In this document: positions 17,754-26,838 of the stretch, piece after piece
How positions within the stretch are numbered: the first letter of the stretch is position 1
Layout of the letters: each line of letters starts with the position of its first letter
Assembly (NCBI GenBank): GCA_000995965.1
Contig: LBYD01000002.1
Location: forward strand, 7,889-71,888
DNA length: 64,000 bases
Direction of reading: 5' to 3'
Source: Candidatus Moranbacteria bacterium GW2011_GWC2_40_12
GTDB taxonomy: Bacteria; Patescibacteriota; Minisyncoccia; Moranbacterales; UBA11712
Notes under the pieces: model-generated
Database searches by the model: none
The model's input: only the letters and a program-made list of their open reading frames with translations
Told to the model about the DNA's origin: nothing
Position numbers and translations under genes: made by a program

Positions 17754-19262
17754 ATGGCCAAAAACAAAAAAACAAACAGCCAAAACAACATCAAAAAACA
17801 GGTTTCGGCGCCAGAAGCGGAAAAGCAATTGCCCTCAAATAATAAAAGCGAGACAAAAAAGAGCAGGGGTTGCCTCACCTGCGGAATTGTCGCGGCGGTG
17901 GTTGCTGTTCTTGTCATCATCGGATTTATCGCACTCAGTATTTTGAGATTTTGGCTTCCGCCCACTTTTCTTTTCGGAATTATCAGCCAGCTAAAGGGAG
18001 TTGAAAATATCAGCCAGCTGTCTGACCTCGGTTCGAAAACATATTTATCCGGAAAAAAACAGCCGGTCGCAAACACGGCCAAAGCAGTCAAAAAAATGAT
18101 AACCGCGAAAGACGGTGGAAGCATCGAGGTGACGACTGAAAGCGGACTCACGACGACAATCATCATTCCTCCCGGCTCGCTTGAAGAAGACACGGAAATA
18201 GAACTCGCCCCAAATGAAAATATTCCTGACGGAACCGAAGATCCCGGCTCTACGGAAGACCCGGGAGTGACCGTCGGTCCGCCGGGAACCACATTCGATC
18301 CCGCGGCAACAATTGTTTTCAGCTACATCCCGACGCAATTGACCGGAAGCGTTGTTCCGGGCGCCGGTAGCGGATTCTCCCGACCTGCGACCGGAGAAAA
18401 TGAAAACAGAAATTCAGAAAGGCGCTTTCCGGACGACGCGGAGATAGTTGTGACAAGCGCCGGCGCTTCGAACCCTGCTCCAACCGAACACGCGGATGAC
18501 GGTTCGTCAATTTCCGGGCCAATCGGCGGATCAGGCGCGGCCGAGCCGGACAACCCGACCCCCGAAGAATCAGAAGATATGGCCGAAACCGCCGCCGCCG
18601 CTTCCGGTGGGACCTGTTCTCCTGAATTTTTGCAGGCGATGGCCGGCGCGTCCCAGGCTGGCGGTCCAGGTTCGCAAGCCGCCCAGGCCGCCATTCGCGA
18701 TTGCCTCAACACGGAGTGGCTCAACAATCTTTGCGTGAATGATCCGGTGAAACTGCGGCGAACTCATTTCGAACAGCGCCTGGTGATCGCCCGCCGCTTT
18801 AATTCTCAAGCTGCAGTCGCTATTGAAAGCCTTATGAACCAGTGCCAGGCTAAATACCGTTTCCGCGGCGAAGGAATCAATCCTGAATCAACCGCGGACG
18901 TGACAATATTCTCCTCCTTTGACGCAACCGTTTGCGGATATGTTGACGACGAGTGGACCGCCCATGAAATTTATCGGCTTAGCGGCGGCTATAATACAGT
19001 CCATTCCATTGAAGGAACGGGCGAATTCAGCCTTCCGTCCGGCGGAGGATCTTTTGCCGGTACCGCCCATGGAGAAAATCAAATGGCTGTCGTTGGACAG
19101 GGAGTGGCCATTCCCAATTTCGACGCAGGCTTTCATGGATATTTCGACGGAATAAAAACTATCCAAAACCTTTATCTGGCCCCGGCCGGCGTGGTTGTTT
19201 CCAGCGCCCCAATTGAGCTTCAGGGAAAAGACTGTGTCCCGCTGGCTCCCCTTCCTAGATAA
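17754..19262 (+). CDS. Membrane-anchored surface protein with possible ZU5-like domain
   Basis: GCLTC-TM; DGGSIEV...IIIPPGSL..DTEI...GPPGTTFD.AATI.FSY pattern. Confidence 0.75.
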   Translation: MAKNKKTNSQNNIKKQVSAPEAEKQLPSNNKSETKKSRGCLTCGIVAAVVAVLVIIGFIALSILRFWLPPTFLFGIISQLKGVENISQLSDLGSKTYLSGKKQPVANTAKAVKKMITAKDGGSIEVTTESGLTTTIIIPPGSLEEDTEIELAPNENIPDGTEDPGSTEDPGVTVGPPGTTFDPAATIVFSYIPTQLTGSVVPGAGSGFSRPATGENENRNSERRFPDDAEIVVTSAGASNPAPTEHADDGSSISGPIGGSGAAEPDNPTPEESEDMAETAAAASGGTCSPEFLQAMAGASQAGGPGSQAAQAAIRDCLNTEWLNNLCVNDPVKLRRTHFEQRLVIARRFNSQAAVAIESLMNQCQAKYRFRGEGINPESTADVTIFSSFDATVCGYVDDEWTAHEIYRLSGGYNTVHSIEGTGEFSLPSGGGSFAGTAHGENQMAVVGQGVAIPNFDAGFHGYFDGIKTIQNLYLAPAGVVVSSAPIELQGKDCVPLAPLPR

Positions 19263-19269
19263 ACATCGT

Positions 19270-19292
19270 CTCCAAATATCCGACGTTTGGAG
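19270..19292. repeat. Imperfect palindrome CTCCAAATATCCGACGTTTGGAG
   Basis: Just after the stop codon; separate from the terminator at about 19338. Confidence 0.6.
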
Positions 19293-19394
19293 GATAATGT
19301 TGAGAGAGTATAAAGCAATTTGTTTTTAATAAAAAATGAAGGCCCCCCGGATCTGCCGGAAGGCCTCTTTTTTCAAAGTTTGTCGCCGATTGGC

Positions 19395-20264
19395 TCATCG
19401 GCGGATGATGGAGTATGCAATGAGCGAAAATTCACCGTTCCAAACGAGCGGTAGTCCGTCGAGGACTTTGAGGGACTCTCGATATATCAAGTTCGTGAGC
19501 AACGGACCGTTGGGTATCGCTGCAAAATCCATACTTGCGACCACTTTCCGAAAGGCAATTTGCAAGAGGATGTCAAATTGGTCGAGATGCAGCTCACCAT
19601 GTTTAGCGTAATCCAGGATGGCTTCTCGTTTAGGCGGCACAAGCACTTTGCTCTCGGTCTTGATGGCAACCGGAACATTGTCTCGCGTATGGCCGGTTAG
19701 GGTTGCCATCCGAGTGATCCTGTCATTATTGATCCAGATGACCGGAGCAAAGGGGCTCGAAAAAACGAAAGTGCCGTCGAGAGGGACGACCTTCTCGCTA
19801 ACCACGGCATATTTGGCTCTTAGCTCCGGCCAAGGATATTTCACCGTGATGATCGAAGAAAATATCAGCGGGACGATTCCCAAAACGACAATCAAATAAG
19901 CGTGGGCACTCAATGGAAGGACCCAGCTTTCTTGCCAGGACTCCTCCCTACGCAGTCTGCCCAATCTCATGACTTTATTGTAGGCTTTTTCGGCATCAAT
20001 ATTATCAATCAGGATGTATTTGAAGAGCTGAGAGATTGGGAGAATATAGCAATTGAAAAGCCAGAGGTGCAGGATCATAAAAGCAAAGCCCGCTCCGTAT
20101 CCCGCCCAGACCATGATATTTCCCCGAGCCGCTCCGGTCACTAAATTGACCGCAAACAAGGCCCAGAAATAGAAAATAAGCATGCCCCGACTGGTCCAAA
20201 AGTCAGCGACGTTCAAAAAAATATTCCGACCAATTGCCGCATAATTCTTGATGGCGACGACCAT
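19395..20264 (-). CDS. Hypothetical membrane protein
   Basis: 3 TMs; AAGGAGG SD. Confidence 0.65.
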   Translation of the reverse strand: MVVAIKNYAAIGRNIFLNVADFWTSRGMLIFYFWALFAVNLVTGAARGNIMVWAGYGAGFAFMILHLWLFNCYILPISQLFKYILIDNIDAEKAYNKVMRLGRLRREESWQESWVLPLSAHAYLIVVLGIVPLIFSSIITVKYPWPELRAKYAVVSEKVVPLDGTFVFSSPFAPVIWINNDRITRMATLTGHTRDNVPVAIKTESKVLVPPKREAILDYAKHGELHLDQFDILLQIAFRKVVASMDFAAIPNGPLLTNLIYRESLKVLDGLPLVWNGEFSLIAYSIIRR

Positions 20265-20423
20265 GGTGCATTTTCCTCCTTATAGGGGATACTGGATTAT
20301 TTTTCACCTTTTTGGGCAATATTGGACAATATTGCGTAATTTTAAGTGGATTTAAGGAACATTTCAACTGCCCAGAAACTATCATGTCTGCGATTATCTG
20401 TAAAGATTGCCTCAAGGAAGTAT

Positions 20424-20452
20424 AAAAAAGCAGGCCGAGTACCTGCTTTTTT
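20424..20452. terminator. Bidirectional intrinsic terminator after pyrF
   Basis: A6-GCAGG..CCTGC-T6. Confidence 0.75.
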
Positions 20453-20488
20453 GTATAGCGGAAATTGGATTATTAAATTATATCGAAA

Positions 20489-21286
20489 TCACCGATATTT
20501 ATTGATCTCATCCCTCAATTTCTTTGCTTCCTCCACTGGGTTTTCGGCGAAGATTATCCCCCGCGAAGAATTGATGATGAGTCCTTTTTTTTCGGAATTC
20601 ACGCCCGATTTCACTGCCGCTTCCACATCGCCGCCCTGCGCCCCGATACCGGGCATGAGAATAGTCATGTCGCCTATTATTTTCCGGGCTTCTCTGGCTT
20701 CCTTGGGAACTGTCGCTCCGACCATAAGTAGGCAGTTGTTATTGAAATTCCAGTCCCCTTGCGTTTTTTCAGCCACAATTTGCCAGAGTGGTTTGCCCTC
20801 AATTACTAGATCCTGCAGTTCTCCCGCCCCAGGATTTGAAGACCGGCATAATATTATACATCCTTTATCGGCGCGATTTAAAAAAGGCATGAGGGATTCT
20901 TTTCCAAAATAAGGATGCATAGTGATCGCGTCAAAATTGAGCCAGTCAAAAAGTTCCTCAACGTAACCATTGTTTGTGTTCCCAATGTCTCCGCGCTTGG
21001 AATCACAAACTCGAAAAATATCCGGATAGTTTTCGACAAGATAATCCTGCGTCATCTTGAGTTCCCGAAGCCCCCGGTCGCCCCGCGCGTCATAAAAAGC
21101 GATGTTCGCTTTGAAAGCGGCCGCGTATTCATGAGTCTGGTCAATGATCCACTTGTTGAACTCAAACTGCGGATTTTCCATTTTCTTGAACTTTTCCGGA
21201 ATTTTTTCAAAGTCGGAATCAATCCCCACGCAAACAAGCGAATTCACTTTGTCCGCCCGCTGGTTGTATTTGTCAACGATTGGCAT
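20489..21286 (-). CDS. pyrF: Orotidine-5'-phosphate decarboxylase
   Basis: VCVGID, D.KRGDIGNT, SNPGA, VGAT, PGIGAQGG, INSSRGI motifs. Confidence 0.96.
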   Translation of the reverse strand: MPIVDKYNQRADKVNSLVCVGIDSDFEKIPEKFKKMENPQFEFNKWIIDQTHEYAAAFKANIAFYDARGDRGLRELKMTQDYLVENYPDIFRVCDSKRGDIGNTNNGYVEELFDWLNFDAITMHPYFGKESLMPFLNRADKGCIILCRSSNPGAGELQDLVIEGKPLWQIVAEKTQGDWNFNNNCLLMVGATVPKEAREARKIIGDMTILMPGIGAQGGDVEAAVKSGVNSEKKGLIINSSRGIIFAENPVEEAKKLRDEINKYR

Positions 21287-21323
21287 AGTATAAAAATTAC
21301 AAATTATTACATCATTGTCTAGC

Positions 21324-21359
21324 AAAATATATCAGTAAACTAGAATACTGATATATTTT
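21324..21359. repeat. Imperfect palindrome AAAATATATCAGTAAACTAGAATACTGATATATTTT
   Basis: Degenerate copy of 38886-38927; overlaps the pyrE stop. Confidence 0.8.
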
Positions 21360-22005
21360 ATTTCCCAAATCCATATTTCCCTGCCCAGTCCCAGGGGTCG
21401 GAGAGCCAGTCCTCAACTATTTTTTTCACATCCTCGATGATGATCTTCATTTCCACAGCCTGCTGAAAAATAACCGGAAAAGACGTGAGGGTATGCAAAT
21501 TCACTTTCGCTTTTTCGAAATTTTCTTTGGCTTCCTTGAATTCATAACTCACGATTACCAGGCAATCATCAACAGTCGCGCCTTCCTCCCGCAAAGCTTC
21601 GACTCCCGAAAGGCTGCTTCCGCCGGTAGAAACAAGATCCTCGACAAGCAGAATTTTTTTCCCTTTCACTTCTCCGCCTTCAACTCTTTTTCCTTTGCCG
21701 TGCCCTTTGGCTTCTTTTCTGATGAAAATAGAAGGTTTTTGCATTTTGAATCCCAAAACCGCGCTATACGGTATTCCACCCACCGCGATTCCGGCAACCA
21801 TATCAAAATCAATCTTTTTTTCTTTCACGAGATTCTCAAAACCCTCGATCACCACCTGAAATTTTTCCGGATAAGACGGAAAAATGCGATTATCCACATA
21901 AACAGGGGAAATCAGACCTGATTTGAAAGTGAGCGGCTCTTTTGGTTTGAACCCCACCGCGCCGATTTCGAGAAGCGCCCGCGCGATTTCTTTTTGAAAA
22001 TCCAT
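21358..22005 (-). CDS. pyrE: Orotate phosphoribosyltransferase
   Basis: KSG..SPVYVDNR, RKEAKGHG, VEDLVSTGGS motifs. Confidence 0.96.
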   Translation of the reverse strand: MDFQKEIARALLEIGAVGFKPKEPLTFKSGLISPVYVDNRIFPSYPEKFQVVIEGFENLVKEKKIDFDMVAGIAVGGIPYSAVLGFKMQKPSIFIRKEAKGHGKGKRVEGGEVKGKKILLVEDLVSTGGSSLSGVEALREEGATVDDCLVIVSYEFKEAKENFEKAKVNLHTLTSFPVIFQQAVEMKIIIEDVKKIVEDWLSDPWDWAGKYGFGK

Positions 22006-22046
22006 TTTATTAGGAATTAGATATTAGGAATTATAAATTTTCTTGA

Positions 22047-22682
22047 TTATATCTCCTCAAAATTCGCCGTTCGGGGAATCAGCTTGATCGTCGGGACGCT
22101 CAAGGTGCTGATGACAAATTTGATCAAGATATTCGCGAGTACGATCTGCAGGACAGTCGAAAGAGGCAAGGCGCCGAGAAAGGCGATGAAGCTGAAAATT
22201 AAGCTATCCGCGACCAGTCCGACAGTATTCGATAAAAATACAGCCAAGGTATCGTTAAACTTTTTATATACTCTACTAAATATTTCTGTATCTATCAATT
22301 CCGAAATAACTTGCGCGATGATGCTCGCGAGAACTATCCTCCCCACCGGAAGAAGAATCTGATCGTACGCTCTTTGGAATTGCCAAGTCGGATCGGGCGT
22401 CATTTTTCCCACCAGCCAAAAGAGGCCGAACATGACGGCGTTCAAGGACGCGGCGATGATGATCACCTGCCGCGCGTCTTTTTTGCCGTGCGTTTTGTGG
22501 ACAAAATCCCGCAGGGTGAAGGTGAGGGGATAAATCACCGTTCCCCCATCAATTGCGAGATTCAGATATGGCAAAAGAGCTATTTTGGTCGAAAGCACGT
22601 TTGCAAAAAACTGGAAGGAAACATAAAGCGAACTCGACAGCAGAAAGATATTTATTTTTCTCCCAGAGACGAACTTTGCCAT
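22047..22682 (-). CDS. Queuosine precursor transporter (YhhQ/Vut_1 family)
   Basis: ANVLSTK, YPLTFTLRD...HGKKDAR, RIVLAS...SE..D, DS.IF..IAF.G motifs. Confidence 0.85.
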   Translation of the reverse strand: MAKFVSGRKINIFLLSSSLYVSFQFFANVLSTKIALLPYLNLAIDGGTVIYPLTFTLRDFVHKTHGKKDARQVIIIAASLNAVMFGLFWLVGKMTPDPTWQFQRAYDQILLPVGRIVLASIIAQVISELIDTEIFSRVYKKFNDTLAVFLSNTVGLVADSLIFSFIAFLGALPLSTVLQIVLANILIKFVISTLSVPTIKLIPRTANFEEI

Positions 22683-22683
22683 A

Positions 22684-23661
22684 TTATTTTGGTCCTTTGA
22701 GCATTATCGCAAGACCCTTTGCCGAATAGGCGCAACGGGGATTCGGCCATTCATCCGGATCGGGACAGCAGTCCTCGTCCATATGCCTGCCCTTTGTTTT
22801 GCTTTTGCGGGGATTGTCTTTTTTGTGGGCGCAAGTGGCGCCGGAGGTATAGCGGACTTTTGGGGCGGCGGCGGCTTTCTGGATGGCTTTTTTTGAAATT
22901 TGGGCAATACTTTGCGTTTCAACTTCCGCGAAATCAAGCGTTGAAACAACGTCATAGAATTCAGGAAAATTCCGTAGTATATCGATCTTTTTTCGGTCCT
23001 CAAAAATATTCGCGCTTCCTTCCTGGCGGGGAACAATATTGAAGGTATATCCGTTTTTCGTGAGGCTGTAGAAAAAAGTTTCTTCCCAGCAGGGATTATC
23101 GACTGAGACGTTTGCCTCTTTGGCCTGATAGGCTTTTTCTCCCAAGGTTATGTCATCGAAATGCGGGCATTTTTCTTCCGAAACATCTTCATTTTTCTTT
23201 TTCAAATTGTCCGTCCCGATTGGACCGGGAAATTTTGCGGCGCTATAAACAAAAACATCAAAACCCTTCACGCCGTCCGCGCTCGCAATGCCTTTTTCGT
23301 CGAAAGCTATTTTTTGAAGATAGCTTTCTCCTTTGGCGGCGGAGCTTTCGCGCGCGTTTTGCCAATTTTTTGGATACTTCAGGGAAACTCTGTATTTTTG
23401 ACTCTTATATGTTTTCCAATCGGCGGTCGGATCAGGAGCCGGGGCTAGGTTTACCGTGAGTCCGGAAAGGCGGCGAAATTCGTCTTCATAGGCGCTGTGG
23501 CGCTTTTTTTTTGCTTCGTTCAGATTTTCATAGCGGGCAAATTGGGCCAATAGCACGGCCAAAACGAAAGAAACACCTCCAATGGCGATAATCATCGAAA
23601 GGGCGGTGATATTTTCCCGTTTTATAAAATTAGGAAGATGTTTCTTTATTATTTTTTTCAT
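22684..23661 (-). CDS. Membrane-anchored protein, PsbP-like region plus Cys-rich C-terminal module (paralog A)
   Basis: TM; DWKTYK..KY.VSLKYP; C-terminal HMDEDCCPDPDEWPNPRCAY. Confidence 0.8.
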   Translation of the reverse strand: MKKIIKKHLPNFIKRENITALSMIIAIGGVSFVLAVLLAQFARYENLNEAKKKRHSAYEDEFRRLSGLTVNLAPAPDPTADWKTYKSQKYRVSLKYPKNWQNARESSAAKGESYLQKIAFDEKGIASADGVKGFDVFVYSAAKFPGPIGTDNLKKKNEDVSEEKCPHFDDITLGEKAYQAKEANVSVDNPCWEETFFYSLTKNGYTFNIVPRQEGSANIFEDRKKIDILRNFPEFYDVVSTLDFAEVETQSIAQISKKAIQKAAAAPKVRYTSGATCAHKKDNPRKSKTKGRHMDEDCCPDPDEWPNPRCAYSAKGLAIMLKGPK

Positions 23662-23818
23662 TTTTGTATAATGTCTATAACATAACACTTATAAAGATTA
23701 TAACAAAAAAACACCCGCTTGTTTACTTCGTATCAATTTTCCTTGTATAAAATACATCCTTGTTTTTTGGATATATTTTGGAAAATTTTGTGCGGGGTTG
23801 AGCGAGTGCCTTGCATTT

Positions 23819-24547
23819 TCATTCAATCACCGTTCCGACTTTTTCCCCAAGCAGCGCTTTCTCGAGAGCGCCTTTTTTGTAGGTATCGAAAACGACAATT
23901 TTGAGGCCGTTCCGCATGCAAAGCTCCACGGCCGCTTTGTCCATCACTTTTATTTTGTCGTTTTTAAACGCTTCTTTGAAGGAAAGAGCGCTATATTTTT
24001 TTGCCTTCGGATTTTTGACCGGATCGTCCGAGTATACCCCGTCCACCTTGGTGGCTTTGAAAACCGCGTCGCATCCGAGCTCGAGCCCCCGCATGGCCGC
24101 GCCGGTGTCCGTGGTGATGAAAGGAAGTCCCGTTCCGCCCCCCAATACTACGATTCGCCCTTTTTCCATGTGGCGGATGGCCTTTTTGCGGATGAAATTT
24201 TCTGCGATTTGCTTCATTTCAATGGCCGTTTGGAGCCGGACAACCGCACCCTTTTTCTCGAGCGCGTCCTGAAGCGCCATGGCGTTGAAAATTGTCGCCA
24301 GCATCCCCATATAGTGGGCCGTCGCTTCGTCCATTCCTCGCTTCGATCCAGCCACTCCGCGAAAAATATTCCCGCCGCCGGTGACAATGGCAATCTGGAC
24401 TCCCAGCTTGTGCGCCGATACAATTTCGGACGCGAGATAGGAAATGAACTCCGGATCAATTCCGAACTCCCGCTTTCCGCGCATCGCTTCGCCGGAGAGT
24501 TTCAGAAGGATGCGTTTGTATTTGGTCTTCTTTTTTCCTTTGGCCAT
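23819..24547 (-). CDS. pyrH: Uridylate kinase
   Basis: LLKLSGEA, GGGNIFRG, MGMLAT..N, TTDT, VDGVYSDDP motifs. Confidence 0.97.
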   Translation of the reverse strand: MAKGKKKTKYKRILLKLSGEAMRGKREFGIDPEFISYLASEIVSAHKLGVQIAIVTGGGNIFRGVAGSKRGMDEATAHYMGMLATIFNAMALQDALEKKGAVVRLQTAIEMKQIAENFIRKKAIRHMEKGRIVVLGGGTGLPFITTDTGAAMRGLELGCDAVFKATKVDGVYSDDPVKNPKAKKYSALSFKEAFKNDKIKVMDKAAVELCMRNGLKIVVFDTYKKGALEKALLGEKVGTVIE

Positions 24548-24646
24548 AAATTTTTGCAATGATTGGTTAAAAAACAACTGCGGAAATCCCCACAGTGACT
24601 AATAGAATAATACTTTATTGGAAATATAAGTCAAACTTGGGTATTT

Positions 24647-25390
24647 TCAAATATCGACAACCATATCATCTTTTGCCGCGAAAGTATTTTTAAATATAAT
24701 CCTCGCCACTTTTTCGGCCCGGCGGCGGTCTTTGCCTGCCGTATATTTATTGGCCGCGAAGTGAGTCAGAAAAAGTTTTTTGCACTGCGCCTTTTTTGCA
24801 ATTCCGGCCGCTTCTTCGGGATTGGAATGCCCCCACTTCCCCGAGACAAATTTGGGCGCAGCCGCGCATTCATGAATCAAAATGTCGGCATTTCGGGCAA
24901 GACGGATTGAATTTCTTGAGACGCCGGTGTCCGAGCAATAGGCTACGGTTTTGCCATCCAAAGTTATTCTGTATCCAAAGGACGGGTCGATATGATAGAG
25001 CTTTTTATACTCGGAAGGAAAAGGAATTTCACGGCAATCTTTTGAAAGTTCTTTTATTTTCACGTTCAATTTCATTTCTCGAAAAGGCATCGCGTAGGGA
25101 TGGTCAATCACTTTCATAAGGTTCTTTTTCAATCCTTTTGGACAAGAAATATTGATTTCATTTTTGAATTTGAATTTGGGAAAGATATGAAAGCCGAAAA
25201 TATGATCCAGGTGTAAGTGACTCAAAAAAAGAAAAATTGGCTTTTTTGACTTTATGCGGGTTGGGAGCTTGTAGATCCCGTTTCCGGCATCAAAAATGAT
25301 ATAATATTTTTCGCTTTCAAGAAGAGCGCATACGGTGTTTCCTATTTTATTATCGTACCAGCCGTTTGTGCCGAGAAATGTCAGTTTCAT
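24647..25390 (-). CDS. MBL-fold metallo-hydrolase (RNase Z/BN-like)
   Basis: FLGT, DAG, SHLHLDH, SDT, LIHEC, GHS, LTHF motifs. Confidence 0.85.
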   Translation of the reverse strand: MKLTFLGTNGWYDNKIGNTVCALLESEKYYIIFDAGNGIYKLPTRIKSKKPIFLFLSHLHLDHIFGFHIFPKFKFKNEINISCPKGLKKNLMKVIDHPYAMPFREMKLNVKIKELSKDCREIPFPSEYKKLYHIDPSFGYRITLDGKTVAYCSDTGVSRNSIRLARNADILIHECAAAPKFVSGKWGHSNPEEAAGIAKKAQCKKLFLTHFAANKYTAGKDRRRAEKVARIIFKNTFAAKDDMVVDI

Positions 25391-25403
25391 AAATTATTTT
25401 AAT

Positions 25404-25437
25404 ACTAACTTTTTATGCATATGAATAAAAAGTTAGT
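25404..25437. repeat. Palindrome ACTAACTTTTTATGCATATGAATAAAAAGTTAGT
   Basis: Inverted repeat inside a co-oriented gene run. Confidence 0.6.
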
Positions 25438-25452
25438 CTACTGATAAAAATA

Positions 25453-25818
25453 TCATTTTTTATTTTTTCTTTCGTTCGTTTTGTATCCCGTATCTTCCGA
25501 CCAGACAAGATAGATTTTTTTCTTGAATCCGCCTTTTTTGACGGAGTTTTCTTTTTGCTTTTTCCGAAGGCACGAGGGCTTGATTTTCCAGTGCCGCCGA
25601 ATTTCTTCGGCCACATCCAAAACATCCGCCAGTTCTTCGATTATTTCAGATTTATTTTTCGCCGAGAATAATCCGCTCGCTTCTTCGCTGACTTTTTTCA
25701 ATAATTCTTTTTCGAATTCCCTTTTGCCAAGTTTTCGCACCTCATACGCCGCCCCAACCCGCATCATTTTGGCGGGGATTTTGTCTCGGATAAGTTTTCG
25801 GTAATATATTTTTTTCAT
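25453..25818 (-). CDS. MazG-like nucleoside triphosphate pyrophosphohydrolase
   Basis: YRKLIRDKIP, KKVSEEA, EELADVL, KGGF motifs. Confidence 0.85.
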   Translation of the reverse strand: MKKIYYRKLIRDKIPAKMMRVGAAYEVRKLGKREFEKELLKKVSEEASGLFSAKNKSEIIEELADVLDVAEEIRRHWKIKPSCLRKKQKENSVKKGGFKKKIYLVWSEDTGYKTNERKNKK

Positions 25819-25826
25819 ATTCTATT

Positions 25827-26825
25827 TTATATAAGTCTTTCGACTGGAATCATAAATTCTTTCCCCCGGCAGTGCATTTTTATTTCGCCGTTTTTTTCAA
25901 CGGTAATATCAAATCCTTTCGCATTCCCAAAAATTTTTCCGTCCAGCACCTCCCCGAATTCTTCAGCGCCAACCTTGCCTTTCGCGAGATAAATTGCCAA
26001 AGCGTCCAAATTCCATCCGTGACCGAAGGATACTCTCATTCCTTGCCTATCCGGCGCAAGAAAACGCGTGATCCTCATAAAGTTTGCGATTCCTTCCAGT
26101 TGCCTTTTGGCTGTTTCATCCGGCTCCGGGCCTTCAATAGACAAGGGTCCTAAAGCTATTTTCCCTTTTTCCTGGAACCAACACAAAGCCCCTAAATCGG
26201 GGTCATCACCGGCTTTCATGTTTATTGCCAAATGAAAGGGTGTTGGAGTCCCGTTCTGCGGATGATAAAAATCGGGGCGCAAGCCGAGATCCTTTAACAG
26301 ATACGGGTAGGAAAAAATTATTTTTTTATCCGGATGAGAAGCTATCATTTCTTTCAAGTTGCGGAGTACGGTTCTTGCCGGGCTCTTGTTTTGTTTCGCT
26401 TCGTCAACAATTTTTTGAATATCTTCTTTCGAAATCAAAACCACATCTTCCCGATTCCTGTATTTTTCTTCGAACAAATCATTATAAATATCCGCGCTTG
26501 TTTTGGTGCGATCCTCGTCCGTAACGCTCCCCACAAAAACAACCGCGTTTTCGCGAGAATTTTCGACCAATTTATCGACATCTTCCCATTCACCCTTTAT
26601 CACCTCGTAATCATCCGCAGAAACCTTAGGATATTTTTTCATTCTCGGCTTGGCGGCTTCAGGCAAGTCAGCGGTATAGCTCTGTTGCGCTTTTGGTTTT
26701 TCTTCTCTGTGATGGCGCCTTACTATCACCGAACTCTCCGTTTCGGTTTCGCCTTGAAATCTTTTCGCCTTTTTCCGATCAGTGTATTTTTTTCTCATTT
26801 CGTCATTATATTCCACTTTTGGCAT
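25827..26825 (-). CDS. Hypothetical protein (possible phosphoglycerate-mutase-like fold)
   Basis: Long ORF with VIVRRH and SFGHG segments; start taken at MPKVEY. Confidence 0.6.
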   Translation of the reverse strand: MPKVEYNDEMRKKYTDRKKAKRFQGETETESSVIVRRHHREEKPKAQQSYTADLPEAAKPRMKKYPKVSADDYEVIKGEWEDVDKLVENSRENAVVFVGSVTDEDRTKTSADIYNDLFEEKYRNREDVVLISKEDIQKIVDEAKQNKSPARTVLRNLKEMIASHPDKKIIFSYPYLLKDLGLRPDFYHPQNGTPTPFHLAINMKAGDDPDLGALCWFQEKGKIALGPLSIEGPEPDETAKRQLEGIANFMRITRFLAPDRQGMRVSFGHGWNLDALAIYLAKGKVGAEEFGEVLDGKIFGNAKGFDITVEKNGEIKMHCRGKEFMIPVERLI

Positions 26826-26838
26826 AACTTTTTTCCAC

